Shown: positions 29,379 to 38,632 of the stretch, piece after piece | Position numbering within the stretch: the first letter of the stretch is position 1 | Layout: every line of letters begins with the position of its first letter | Assembly: GCA_963810935.1 (NCBI GenBank) | Contig: CAWEPK010000008.1 | Location: 288,001 to 352,000 of the forward strand | Length of the DNA stretch: 64,000 nucleotides | Source of the DNA: an uncultured delta proteobacterium | Lineage (GTDB): Bacteria > Desulfobacterota > Syntrophorhabdia > Syntrophorhabdales > WCHB1-27 | Direction of reading: 5' to 3' | The notes under the pieces: generated by a model | What the model was told of the DNA's origin: nothing | Databases searched by the model: none | What the model saw: only the letters and a program-made list of their open reading frames with translations | Made by a program: the position numbers and the translations under genes

Positions 29379-29873
29379 TCAGCAGCCCATGTAGAACGGC
29401 GCCTCTACTATCTCGAACTCCGACTCCCCCTCTTCCGCCTTGCGCGCAAGCACTTCAAGGAGCCTCTGAAAGCTGTATATATGCCATGGCCCGATGGACC
29501 GCACCTTCTGCTTATTCTCCCAATCCCACGCACTCACCTCGTCGAGGGTCACCCTCTTCTTCTCCCCCGTCTCTTTGTAAAGAACCGTGAGGGCTATCTC
29601 GTACCTGCCGTCTTTCTTTTCATCGCCGCTCTCCTTCTTCCTCTGCGGCCGCGGCGTCCGCGTCTCGAACACTTCGATGGAGACGTCTTCCTCTTTACTC
29701 TTTAATACCTCTTTGAAATTCGCCTGCCAGTCATACTCGGGTCTCTTCAGTACCTTGTGATCGGGCGTCTCTTCCCCGTCCTGCGGGACAATGTAGTTGT
29801 GCCTTCCCCGGTAGATAGGGCAATTCCTGCATCCGGCTTTTGAGAAAGGGCACTTGTTAACGTTTTCCGGCAT
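29379..29873 (-). CDS. Hypothetical protein: N-terminal Cys/His motif plus C-terminal domain ending in -MGC
   Basis: CPFSKAGCRNCPIYRGRH; SD GAAGGA upstream. Confidence 0.75.
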   Translation of the reverse strand: MPENVNKCPFSKAGCRNCPIYRGRHNYIVPQDGEETPDHKVLKRPEYDWQANFKEVLKSKEEDVSIEVFETRTPRPQRKKESGDEKKDGRYEIALTVLYKETGEKKRVTLDEVSAWDWENKQKVRSIGPWHIYSFQRLLEVLARKAEEGESEFEIVEAPFYMGC

Positions 29874-29978
29874 CGCTGTTCCTTCGGTGGTGGAATAAAT
29901 GCACTTGTATACTAATATATGCCCACCTCCAAATCAAGTGAGGGCGGACGTGCAAGCACAGCGGGAACGTCTGTGGAG

Positions 29979-30201
29979 CCCCGATTACTGCCGCAGCGAG
30001 CGCCGAGCGCGGCAGTAATAAAGCGAGCGAATGCGAAGCGCCGAGCAGGGAGGCTCGCCGGGCTATACCCGGTGGAGAGGGTGCTTAACCCCGATTACTG
30101 TCGGAGCGAGTGCCGAGCGCGGCAGTAATAAAGCGAGCGAATGCGAAGCGCCGAGCAGGGAGGCTCGCCGGGCTTTGCCCGGCGAGGGGGCGCTGAGCCC
30201 C
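29979..30201 (+). repeat. Two tandem copies (110/109 bp) of a multi-hairpin element; candidate structured RNA or REP/BIME-like unit
   Basis: Units start at 29979 and 30089 (CCCCGATTACTG...), with identical central blocks and three hairpins per unit. Confidence 0.9.
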
Positions 30202-30211
30202 AATGATAGAT

Positions 30212-30264
30212 GCCCGTCCGTCCTGCCTTCGGGCAATGCTTCCGGCCGGACGGACGGGCCTTTT
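30212..30264 (+). terminator. Branched hairpin with short U-tract (plus-strand terminator-like)
   Basis: 12-bp stem GCCCGTCCGTCC/GGACGGACGGGC, inner TGCC-TTCG-GGCA hairpin, followed by CTTTT. Confidence 0.55.
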
Positions 30265-30270
30265 GGAGGG

Positions 30271-32349
30271 CTAGTTAGTGTGCCTTTTCCTGCCGCGCGC
30301 CAGACCTGCTGCGGCCGGGATTGCGACGGGGAAGAGGAAGAGCAGCGTCATCGGATATTTCACTCCGTAGACAATGGGAGTCAACGCGTACCGGGTCAAA
30401 GTGCGGAGCGCCTCGTGGCGCCTTATATGTTCAGCCACGGGCGGTGAAAGCCGGTAGTACATGTGGACGAACGCCGCGCCGATGGGGTTTGTAAGCAGGT
30501 ATTTGTCCCTGAAGCCCCGCAGCACCATGACCTCGGGCGCAAGGTAGCTGCCGTAGGCCGCAGTGGCGATGAAGCACCCGCCGCCGCCGCCGCCGCCCGA
30601 CCCGCTGCCGGGGTCGGCCGATGCAGAAGCCGAGCCGGGAGCCCCGCCGCTGGTGCTTATTAAGGGCATACCGTTAGCCGGGGCAGCAGAGCCGTTATTG
30701 AATGCTCCCATGTCCCATGCGCCGGACGACGGCCGAGCGTTTCCGTTGAAATCGACTGGAGCGATGCCCCACGTGTTCTGCATAATCGAGAAGACGTTGT
30801 CCGGCACGGCCGGCGGCGTTGCCGCCAGGTTAAGACCCGTACCGATGGCAGAGGAGCCGCCCCCAAGGGTAAAGTCCGCGTTCGCGGAGTTATTGAAGTT
30901 CGCGTGCCAGCCTTTGGTAGCGCTGTCGCCCGAATGGCTGTCCTGACCGCTTGCGGCTACCCAGGAAGCCAGATTGGGCGGCGATGTAGAGTAATTGTAA
31001 ATGATAGTCGCGCTGCCGGATGCTATCGGCGCGATATAGTTGTATGCGAGCAGGGCCTCGGAGCCGCCGCCCTGGTCGAACCCGTTGTAGTCGCCGACGT
31101 ACATGGGCGCCAGCGGGTTGCCGTTGATGCTCGGATTTCCCAGGAGCAGGTCCGCATTCCCCGTGCCGTTCTGGTTCTGATAAAAGATCGTGTTATCGCT
31201 GTAAATACGCGTCGGCCTGGTCGGTGCGTTGTCCCCGTCCTGGTTACAGAAGCTATAGATCCCATCGCCGTTGTTGAGGGCAAAAACGCAGTTGTAGAGA
31301 TATACGCTTACCCCCATATAGATCCACATGCCGTCGTGATAGTTGCCATAGCTGATACAGTTTACGTAGTACTGGCGGGCATTCGGGTTACCCGCGTTGT
31401 CCGTGGCGTAATCGTCCGCGTTCGCACCGAATCCGGAATAGCTCTGTGTAGCAACGCAATTGAGATAAAGGATATTGTCCGCATAGCGTCCCGGCGGCTC
31501 GCCGACGCAGCCCGTGTCGAAACCCCTTCCGGTGATCGCCCATGCACTGCAGTTGACGTAGGCAATATTCCAGGAGTTCGTCGTCCAGAACCCCATATTG
31601 ACATCCGTCCCGCCTTCCTGCGTGCCCGGCGCGTTTCCGATGTTGTGGGCGCTGCAATTCTGGTAAACGCCCTGGGTGCAGCCGAAGCTCTCGTCCCCCG
31701 TGTAAAAACCGCCGTTATTGGCACGCGAGTTTCCGTCGCATTCGACATTGTAGATGTAAAAACTACCCTGGCAATGCAGATAGAATGAATACGAGGCCGC
31801 TGAATAGACCCTCATGTTCTTGACGTTGAGGCCCTGCATCGGGTTCGATTCGGACGGGCCGTCCGCCTCGAATCCCCTGTTGGTGCTGTTCTGCACGTCG
31901 AACCCCTGCGCGCTCGCGCCGTCCAGCGTCACATAGTTCGTGTTCGTAACCTGGATCAGCGCGCTGTACTGGCCCAGGCCCGCGCCGCCGCCGTTAAAAA
32001 CGACGTTGCCCGAGCCCCATGAAGCGAGCCGGGCTATTGTGATGGGGGCCGATGCGGAGCCGCCCGCGTAATGGCCGCTGTCGATGCTGAGCTGCCCTGT
32101 CAGATTGAAGCTCGCGCCCGACTTGACGTAGATCGTGTCGCCGCCGTTGATTGTCGGGAAGCTGCCGCCTGCCGGGTCCCCCGGGATGTGGGCCCAGGGC
32201 GATGCCTGGCTCGTCCCCGGATTGCTGTCGTTGCCTGTCTGGGGGTCCACGTAATATGTCGATGCAGCCGCAAGGCCCGGCAATACAAGGCACGCGAGGC
32301 CCATGCACGACATAATTACGAAGACTTTCAGACCGCTGGAAAATCTCAT
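30271..32349 (-). CDS. Secreted right-handed beta-helix (pectin lyase-like) protein with C-terminal CFI-box-CTERM sorting domain
   Basis: Signal peptide, [15 protein letters not shown], Asn/Cys-rich beta-helix repeats, [47 protein letters not shown] and basic tail. Confidence 0.85.
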   Translation of the reverse strand: MRFSSGLKVFVIMSCMGLACLVLPGLAAASTYYVDPQTGNDSNPGTSQASPWAHIPGDPAGGSFPTINGGDTIYVKSGASFNLTGQLSIDSGHYAGGSASAPITIARLASWGSGNVVFNGGGAGLGQYSALIQVTNTNYVTLDGASAQGFDVQNSTNRGFEADGPSESNPMQGLNVKNMRVYSAASYSFYLHCQGSFYIYNVECDGNSRANNGGFYTGDESFGCTQGVYQNCSAHNIGNAPGTQEGGTDVNMGFWTTNSWNIAYVNCSAWAITGRGFDTGCVGEPPGRYADNILYLNCVATQSYSGFGANADDYATDNAGNPNARQYYVNCISYGNYHDGMWIYMGVSVYLYNCVFALNNGDGIYSFCNQDGDNAPTRPTRIYSDNTIFYQNQNGTGNADLLLGNPSINGNPLAPMYVGDYNGFDQGGGSEALLAYNYIAPIASGSATIIYNYSTSPPNLASWVAASGQDSHSGDSATKGWHANFNNSANADFTLGGGSSAIGTGLNLAATPPAVPDNVFSIMQNTWGIAPVDFNGNARPSSGAWDMGAFNNGSAAPANGMPLISTSGGAPGSASASADPGSGSGGGGGGGCFIATAAYGSYLAPEVMVLRGFRDKYLLTNPIGAAFVHMYYRLSPPVAEHIRRHEALRTLTRYALTPIVYGVKYPMTLLFLFPVAIPAAAGLARGRKRHTN

Positions 32350-32629
32350 AGATACATCCTCCTGACTTTTTGACCGTCCGGTGTTGTTCCCTATTCGTTT
32401 CAGAGAGGTTTGTGGACGACTTGCTTTAGGCGGTTAGTTTTAATACGTATGGCCAGTACTTGTCAACAACTTTTTTACTACCGGAGGCCAACGGAGGTAG
32501 ACATCGCCCTGCTGGCGGGCAAATACGGAGAAGCAGAAAACTCTCTTGGCATAGAGAGGAAGGGGCTAAGGAGAGGCGCCGGTCTCTTTTGCGGGACCGG
32601 ATAGAAGATGCTGATATAAGGCCCCGTAA

Positions 32630-33082
32630 CTACCTGGAGGCAAGCAGGATACGCACGGCCCAGCCTTTCGGCAGCCTGTAGACGTGCTCCGCCGGGACTG
32701 CCGGCCCTTCATACTCCCGCGCCTTAGCCCGGCCGGTGCGCGTATCAAGCTGCACGATGAGGCGGACCTGTTTTTTGCCGTCAAGCTCGACCTTCTCTTC
32801 CAGGACCGGAGGAAGACCAGTGCCCTCCCAGTTGATCTGGATAAACCCCGCCGAGCGCTCCCCTGTCAGGCCATCAAAGACCGGGCGGTGGATGAGCGCC
32901 TTATAAGTGCCGTGATCGCTGACACGTACCACCTCTCCCCCGGTAAGCCTCGCGGACGGGGTGACGCCGGCCGCAGAGGCAAGCTTGCGGCTGAAATAGT
33001 CATTCCCCACGAATGTGGCGATCACGATAAAGACGGCAAGGACCGCCCAGATATATCCGAGTATCGCTTTCAACCTGTTCAC
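32630..33082 (-). CDS. Hypothetical membrane-anchored protein
   Basis: GTG 33082 after SD AGGAGG; N-terminal TM; last gene of the PadR operon. Confidence 0.7.
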   Translation of the reverse strand: MNRLKAILGYIWAVLAVFIVIATFVGNDYFSRKLASAAGVTPSARLTGGEVVRVSDHGTYKALIHRPVFDGLTGERSAGFIQINWEGTGLPPVLEEKVELDGKKQVRLIVQLDTRTGRAKAREYEGPAVPAEHVYRLPKGWAVRILLASR

Positions 33083-33096
33083 GCTACCCTCCTTTT

Positions 33097-34290
33097 TTAC
33101 CCGATTATGTGCCCGGTCGCGACCAGCTTTATGACCCTGAAGACAGCATCCCTCACCATGCCCCCGCCCATGGTCGCAAGGAAGAGAAAGGCCGGGTAAA
33201 GAAAGAGAAGCCTTTGCGCGCCGCCGTGCGCACAAGGGTCCGCACCCTTCACATGGTAGGAGAGCGCGCCCCTAGGGCAGATATCGACGCACTTACCGCA
33301 CTTCATGCATGTCATCCTGCTCCCGCCCGCCTCTATGCTTTCCGCGTCTATCGAAAAAGTAGGGCAATTGCGGGTGCAAAGACCGCACTTTACGCACTTC
33401 TCCCTGTCCGCCCGTATCGTGAACACACTCGCCTTGTTCGTGAAAGACTGAAAAGCTCCGAACGGGCAAAAAAGTCCGCACTGCGTGCGCCGCTTCGTCA
33501 GGAAAGGCAGTACTATGACAAGGCCCGCAAATAGCATGATAAATATGATCGTTTGTATAAGGGTCTTGAGAGAAATGACCTGCACGTACTCCGTGACGGC
33601 CTTGAAGGGGCACAGCCAGTAGCAGTACGTCGGCGACAGGGTGGCTGCGGCGGTAAGGACGACCATCAGGAGGACCGCAAACGGGAGATATCTCCAGATT
33701 CCGCCGGCAAACCGCAAGATGGGTTTCTTTAAGATGCGCGAGAAGCCGTCTTCCAGGCCGCCGAAGAAGCAGACCCACCCGCAAAAGCCGCGGCCGAGCG
33801 TGAGAGAGGCGCCGATCCAGATAATGAACATAGTGGCGGCGGAGTGGAAGCCCCCGATGATCGACGCGGGGAATATGAGCGTCCTCGTGAGGGCCGCCGG
33901 GATAAGCGTCATGGGGATAACGATGTGGCAGAAGGGCGCCTCCGCCCGCAGGATATTCGCCTCGGTCAGCGCCATCGTCCCGCGCACCTCGACCACCTGA
34001 GAAATGAAAGAGATGACGAAGGCAACGGCGTAGACTATGAAGAGCACGGCCCGGTAGCGGTCCGTCCTGCCTTTGTACACCATCAGGAAAAACAAGAGGT
34101 TGAAGAAGACGAAGGCGATCGCCACCGACGCAGCATGCGCCGCCCCGGCAGGGCCGTGCCTGCCTGCAATCGTAACGAACGTGACGACCATCATGGGCAG
34201 GGCGATTAAGAAGGCCTTAAGAGGGCTGCGGCCGGCAGGCCGGGCCTCGACGACTTGGGGAGCGAAATCGGGCCGTGCTTCGTTTTTCAT
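33097..34290 (-). CDS. Membrane polyferredoxin (NapH/MauN/YccM-like 4Fe-4S binding protein)
   Basis: GRGFCGWVC, YCYWLCP, CGLFCPFG, two CxxCxxCxxxCP motifs. Confidence 0.88.
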   Translation of the reverse strand: MKNEARPDFAPQVVEARPAGRSPLKAFLIALPMMVVTFVTIAGRHGPAGAAHAASVAIAFVFFNLLFFLMVYKGRTDRYRAVLFIVYAVAFVISFISQVVEVRGTMALTEANILRAEAPFCHIVIPMTLIPAALTRTLIFPASIIGGFHSAATMFIIWIGASLTLGRGFCGWVCFFGGLEDGFSRILKKPILRFAGGIWRYLPFAVLLMVVLTAAATLSPTYCYWLCPFKAVTEYVQVISLKTLIQTIIFIMLFAGLVIVLPFLTKRRTQCGLFCPFGAFQSFTNKASVFTIRADREKCVKCGLCTRNCPTFSIDAESIEAGGSRMTCMKCGKCVDICPRGALSYHVKGADPCAHGGAQRLLFLYPAFLFLATMGGGMVRDAVFRVIKLVATGHIIG

Positions 34291-34928
34291 AACCCCTTAA
34301 TACCTCCTGCAAATATTATTAGCCCCGAGAAAAAATAATAGACGCCCATGAGCCCCGCCGCGAGCCGTCCCACCATTCTCACGGCCGGATAGACTCGAAG
34401 CAGGCCCAACAGAGGCGCAGGGATCAGAACAAGAGACGTACCTGCAAAGAACATCAGGAAAAAGAAAAGGCTGTAAGGGAGGCTGCCCTTCTCCGCCGAC
34501 CCCGCCACGGCCAGCAAAAACGGCGGACACAGGCTTAAGCCCGTAGCCAGCCCGGCGCCGAAGGGCGCGAGGGCTGGAAGGCGCAGGCGGCCGGCGGCAG
34601 CCGCCAGGCGGGATGACCACCTGCACGAGACGCCGGAACACCGGCCGATATCGAAGAAGCCGTAAAGGACGAGAGCAACGGCTATCGCCATGTAGGCGAA
34701 GCCTATGACCGGCGCCCTGTAGGCGTCTTTGAGGAGCGACGCGCTGACTGCCCAGGCGGCTACCCCGAAAATAAGATATCCGGCCAGCCTCCCGCAGAGG
34801 AACCGGAGGAGCACGCCGGTACTTGCCGCCGCTCCGCCGCCGCCGGCCATGACGCAGGGCACGAGGACCGGGGCGCAATAAGCGAGGCAAATGCCGCCGT
34901 TGCTAAGACCCAGGATAAAGGCTTCCAC
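34287..34928 (-). CDS. DsbD_2/TauE-SafE-like membrane protein
   Basis: GICLAYCAP, GRLAGY, GLSLCPP, FFAGTS; about six TM segments. Confidence 0.7.
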   Translation of the reverse strand: MEAFILGLSNGGICLAYCAPVLVPCVMAGGGGAAASTGVLLRFLCGRLAGYLIFGVAAWAVSASLLKDAYRAPVIGFAYMAIAVALVLYGFFDIGRCSGVSCRWSSRLAAAAGRLRLPALAPFGAGLATGLSLCPPFLLAVAGSAEKGSLPYSLFFFLMFFAGTSLVLIPAPLLGLLRVYPAVRMVGRLAAGLMGVYYFFSGLIIFAGGIKGL

Positions 34929-34935
34929 CGCCCCC

Positions 34936-35493
34936 TTACCTCTCTTTTCTCGCTTCCTTCATGCGCTCCAGCACGGCGTCGCACCACTCGACGGTCATCT
35001 GTGACTGCCTGCGGCCGTAATCAAGCGTCATCTGCCAGAACAGGACGTCGTCTCCATCATTCATCGCGCGCGCCCGCCGTTCCATCTCGGGCTCAATTTC
35101 CTTTTTGTATTTATCGAGGAGGCGCTCGTGGAACGCCCTTGCCCTGGCGATGTGCTCCAGGAAACGCTTACGGGGAAGGCGGGCCCCGAAGAAGACCTTA
35201 ACAAACATGGGCGAGCGCGGGGCCGGCGCCTGGGGGGCTTCAGCCAGCCAGCGCTCGAACTCTTCTTCCCCAGATTCGTTTATGCGGTATACCTTGCGGC
35301 TCGGCTTGCCGTCCTGGTGCTCGACGGTCGATTCGATCCAGCCTTCCGCCTCCATCTTTCCAAGCGTCCGGTAGATTTGCGGCAGCGTGGCGTTCCAGAA
35401 GAAGTAGATCGACTTATTGAACGCCGCCTTAAGGTCGTAGCCCGTTGCGGGACCGTACTGGATGAGGCCGAGAAGCGCGTGAGGCAGGGACAT
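34936..35493 (-). CDS. PadR family transcriptional regulator (with C-terminal AphA-like domain)
   Basis: HALLGL..GYDL..FFWNA..QIYRTL..RKVYRI. Confidence 0.93.
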   Translation of the reverse strand: MSLPHALLGLIQYGPATGYDLKAAFNKSIYFFWNATLPQIYRTLGKMEAEGWIESTVEHQDGKPSRKVYRINESGEEEFERWLAEAPQAPAPRSPMFVKVFFGARLPRKRFLEHIARARAFHERLLDKYKKEIEPEMERRARAMNDGDDVLFWQMTLDYGRRQSQMTVEWCDAVLERMKEARKER

Positions 35494-35519
35494 GATCGCT
35501 CCTTAGATGCGTTGTACTA

Positions 35520-35564
35520 TATGTGTCTATGCACATAGTAATGCAGACATATATGGCATGTCAA
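35520..35564 (-). promoter_or_regulatory. padR promoter and PadR-type operator
   Basis: Minus strand TTGACA-18-TACTAT; ATGT-N8-ACAT palindrome at 35521-35536. Confidence 0.7.
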
Positions 35565-35607
35565 TACATTTTTTATTTTTTTTCGATTTAATGAGTGCTG
35601 ACGATTA

Positions 35608-37260
35608 CTACGCCTTTTGTTTTGTTTTTACTCGTTTTCCGAGACCCTGTGAGAGCCGCTGCAAGGCGCGGGATTGGTCCGCCGGGTCCAGGTGGACGTC
35701 GAGGATGCAGAAACACTCCGTGCACTTTCCCGCTTCCCTCAAAGCTGCCTCTAACTGGTCCTCGGTTGTGACGTCGAACCCCCTGCCCGCCCCCAGAATG
35801 TCCGGGATGCGGCTGTAATTCCAGAGCGGAATATCGTTGAATGCGCCGTCGAGCATGGGGCGCTCCGTCCCGTAGCCGCAATTGTTCAGGACAATGACGA
35901 TCGGGTTGAGCTTGAACCTGGCTATCGTGCCCAGCTCCATCCCCGTCATTTGGAAAGCGCCGTCGCCGACAAGCACCAGCGGGCGCAGCTCCGGCCGGGC
36001 CATCTGCACACCAAGGCTCGCAGGCACGGCGAAACCGAGAGAGGTGTAGTACGCCGGTGCAAGGAATTCGGTTTCGCTATGGATCGTCATATCGGCCGCT
36101 GCGAACATGGCGTCACCGGGGTCCGCTATAACGACCGTATTGTCGCTCAGAAATGCGTTCAACCTCTGAAAGAGGTACTGAACTGTCACCTGCCTCCCCG
36201 GAACCGCGGCCCGGCGCTCAAGCGCGGGTGGGTGGGGTATCTCCACCGCCTCCCTCCGGCGGATATCGGCCTTGAGAAGACCGGATACGAAGTCCTTCAC
36301 CGTAACGTCCTCGTACCCGTGATAGCGCACGAGCAGCTTCTCGGTGCTGGCGTAAATGGAGCGCGCCTGTTCCAGGCGGGCCGTGAAAGCCCCCAGGTCG
36401 ATATCGGTCAGCAGGGCCCCCAGCAGGATAAGGCAATCGCTCGACTCGACGTACTTGCGCACGTCCCTGCGCCCCACGGCCCCCTCGTACAGCCCGATGT
36501 AGCGCGGGTGGTTTTCGCGGATTACCGACTTGGAAAGGAGCGTTGAGGCCACAGGGATATTCGTCTTCTCGACGAGCTGCAAAAGGGCATCCTGAAGCTC
36601 GAACCTGTGCAACTCCACCCCCGCTATGATGAGCGGCTGCTTAGCGGCATTTATGATGGCGACCGCTTCTTCCAGCGCCTCGCCGAGTGCCTCTCCTTTG
36701 GACGGCCTTACCGCCTCGCGCCGCTGCCTGTACGGCTCAACCCGGGCTGACAGCATGTCGCGCGGCAGCTCTATATAGACAGGCCTTTTGTGCCTCGCCG
36801 CCTCGGATAGTACGCGGTCGATCTCGCGGCAGGCTGTCTGGGCGTCGTCGATCACGGTGGAGGCCACGGTGATCTGCTCGAATATCTTGAGCTGCGTATC
36901 GAAGTCCTTGACTCTGTGATGCAGCAGGGCCGTTTTTACGCGCTCGTTCTTCCCCGGTGCTCCGCTGATCACGACGACCGGCGACTTTTCGGCAAACGCC
37001 TGAGCCGTCGTGTTGGCCACTTTCAGGCCCCCCACGCAATAGGTGACGCAAGCCGCGCCCATGCCGCTGACCCTGGCGTAAGCGTCTGCGGCAAAACCGG
37101 CGCTCTGCTCGTCGCACGTGTTTATCAGCTTCAGATCGCTCCCTTCGAGGTCGTGGAAAAAACCGAGCACGTAATCGCCCGGCACGCCGAAGATATGGCG
37201 CACACCGCGCGCCTGTAGCTGCTGGATGAGATAGCTGCTCACCGTATGGGGGACTGCCAT
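35608..37260 (-). CDS. ipdC: ThDP-dependent alpha-keto acid (indolepyruvate/phenylpyruvate) decarboxylase
   Basis: FGVPGDY, AGFAADAYAR, LLHH, GDGAFQMTG..NN motif. Confidence 0.88.
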   Translation of the reverse strand: MAVPHTVSSYLIQQLQARGVRHIFGVPGDYVLGFFHDLEGSDLKLINTCDEQSAGFAADAYARVSGMGAACVTYCVGGLKVANTTAQAFAEKSPVVVISGAPGKNERVKTALLHHRVKDFDTQLKIFEQITVASTVIDDAQTACREIDRVLSEAARHKRPVYIELPRDMLSARVEPYRQRREAVRPSKGEALGEALEEAVAIINAAKQPLIIAGVELHRFELQDALLQLVEKTNIPVASTLLSKSVIRENHPRYIGLYEGAVGRRDVRKYVESSDCLILLGALLTDIDLGAFTARLEQARSIYASTEKLLVRYHGYEDVTVKDFVSGLLKADIRRREAVEIPHPPALERRAAVPGRQVTVQYLFQRLNAFLSDNTVVIADPGDAMFAAADMTIHSETEFLAPAYYTSLGFAVPASLGVQMARPELRPLVLVGDGAFQMTGMELGTIARFKLNPIVIVLNNCGYGTERPMLDGAFNDIPLWNYSRIPDILGAGRGFDVTTEDQLEAALREAGKCTECFCILDVHLDPADQSRALQRLSQGLGKRVKTKQKA

Positions 37261-37456
37261 GTTCGCCCTCCGTGAATTGTCGGCCTCCCTCTATTCTCCT
37301 GCTATTTCTGATCGTCTGCAAGCCAAAAAACCCGGAGCCTCTCTTTTGACGTGGAAGCACCGCCCCGAAACGCCGTATCAGGCCGCCCTTCTTGCATTGT
37401 TCCGCCCCGATGGTGTATATTTTGCCCTGTTTTCGGCGCACAAGCCGCGAGGAAGT

Positions 37457-38632
37457 ATGCTTCTTTCCGACATCGATAAAGAAATAGCTTCGCTCAAAAA
37501 GAAAGGGCGTTACCGGTACCTACGGCCGTTATCGACGGCCCAGGACGCGCTCATCTCCATTGACGGGAAGCAGCTCATCAATTTCGCCTCCAATAATTAC
37601 CTGGGCCTGGCCAACCACCCGGAGGTCGTCGGAGCCCTCACGGCCGCAGCCGCGCGCTACGGCGTGGGCTCGGGTGCGTCGCGCCTGATCTGCGGCCACA
37701 TGGACGTCCACGCGGAGCTGGAGGCGGCCTTAGCCCGGATGAAAGGCACGGAGGCCTGCCTGACCTTCAGCTCCGGGTACCTCGCCAACATGGGTATCCT
37801 TGCAACCCTCGGCGGACCGGGCGCTGTAGTCTTTTCCGACGAGCTGAACCACTCTTCCATCATCGACGGCTGCCGCCTGTCCAGAAGCCGGGTGCAGATT
37901 TACCGCCACGCGGATGCAGACCACCTGGAATCGCTGCTGCGCACATCGAAGGCGCGGCGCAAGATCATCGTGACCGACAGCGTCTTCAGCATGGACGGCG
38001 ACGTAGCCCCCCTGCCCGACTTTGTCTCCCTGAAAAGCAGGTACGGCGCGGTCCTCGTCGTTGATGACGCCCACGCGGTCGGCGTGCTCCCTCCGCGCGG
38101 CCGGGGCTCTGCCGAATATTTCGGCCTGCCGCACGATGCGATAGACGTGCAGATGGGCACACTCTCGAAGGCCCTCGGCACGTACGGCGCCTACATCTGC
38201 GCATCGGAGAAGATAATCGATTATTTTGTCAATACGTGCCGGACGTTTATTTACAACACGGGCCTGCCGCCCGCGCTGGCGGGGGCGGCGATAAAGGCGG
38301 TTGAAATGCTGTGCGCCGGGACGGACCTGCCCGGCAGGCTCTGGAAGAACCAGGAGCTTTTCGCCGCCGGGATGTCTGCGCGCGGACGCCGGATAACGAG
38401 CCCGAGCGCCATCATACCGCTGGTCACGGGCGGCGACAAGGAGACTATGGCCATATCCGCGGCCCTTTACGACAGGGGGCTTTTCGTCCACGGCATACGG
38501 CCGCCTTCCGTCCCCGAAGGGAGCGGACGCCTGCGGCTCACCCTCATGGCAACTCACACGCCGGAGATGGTGCGCACGGCAGCCGAATGCATCGACGAGC
38601 TTTTCAAGGAGGCAGGCATTGGATCGCACTGA
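37457..38632 (+). CDS. bioF: 8-amino-7-oxononanoate synthase
   Basis: SNNYLGL, GSGASRL, SGYLAN, VFSMDGD, DDAH, GTLSKA. Confidence 0.93.
   Translation: MLLSDIDKEIASLKKKGRYRYLRPLSTAQDALISIDGKQLINFASNNYLGLANHPEVVGALTAAAARYGVGSGASRLICGHMDVHAELEAALARMKGTEACLTFSSGYLANMGILATLGGPGAVVFSDELNHSSIIDGCRLSRSRVQIYRHADADHLESLLRTSKARRKIIVTDSVFSMDGDVAPLPDFVSLKSRYGAVLVVDDAHAVGVLPPRGRGSAEYFGLPHDAIDVQMGTLSKALGTYGAYICASEKIIDYFVNTCRTFIYNTGLPPALAGAAIKAVEMLCAGTDLPGRLWKNQELFAAGMSARGRRITSPSAIIPLVTGGDKETMAISAALYDRGLFVHGIRPPSVPEGSGRLRLTLMATHTPEMVRTAAECIDELFKEAGIGSH

Noticed and set aside
29979..30201. CRISPR array
   Set aside because: Units are 110 bp, contiguous and lack unique spacers; no cas genes in the window
31838..31860. 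tRNA T-arm-like GGTTCGATTC
   Set aside because: Inside a CDS and no cloverleaf can be built; the GGTTCGAG at about 24948 belongs to 6S RNA
37259..37456. N-terminal extensions in the ORF track (bioF, and likewise icd, glyS, K+ channel, rubrerythrin, antitoxin, 42723 ORF)
   Set aside because: They overlap promoters or neighbouring genes; downstream starts have SD sites or promoters and match family N-termini
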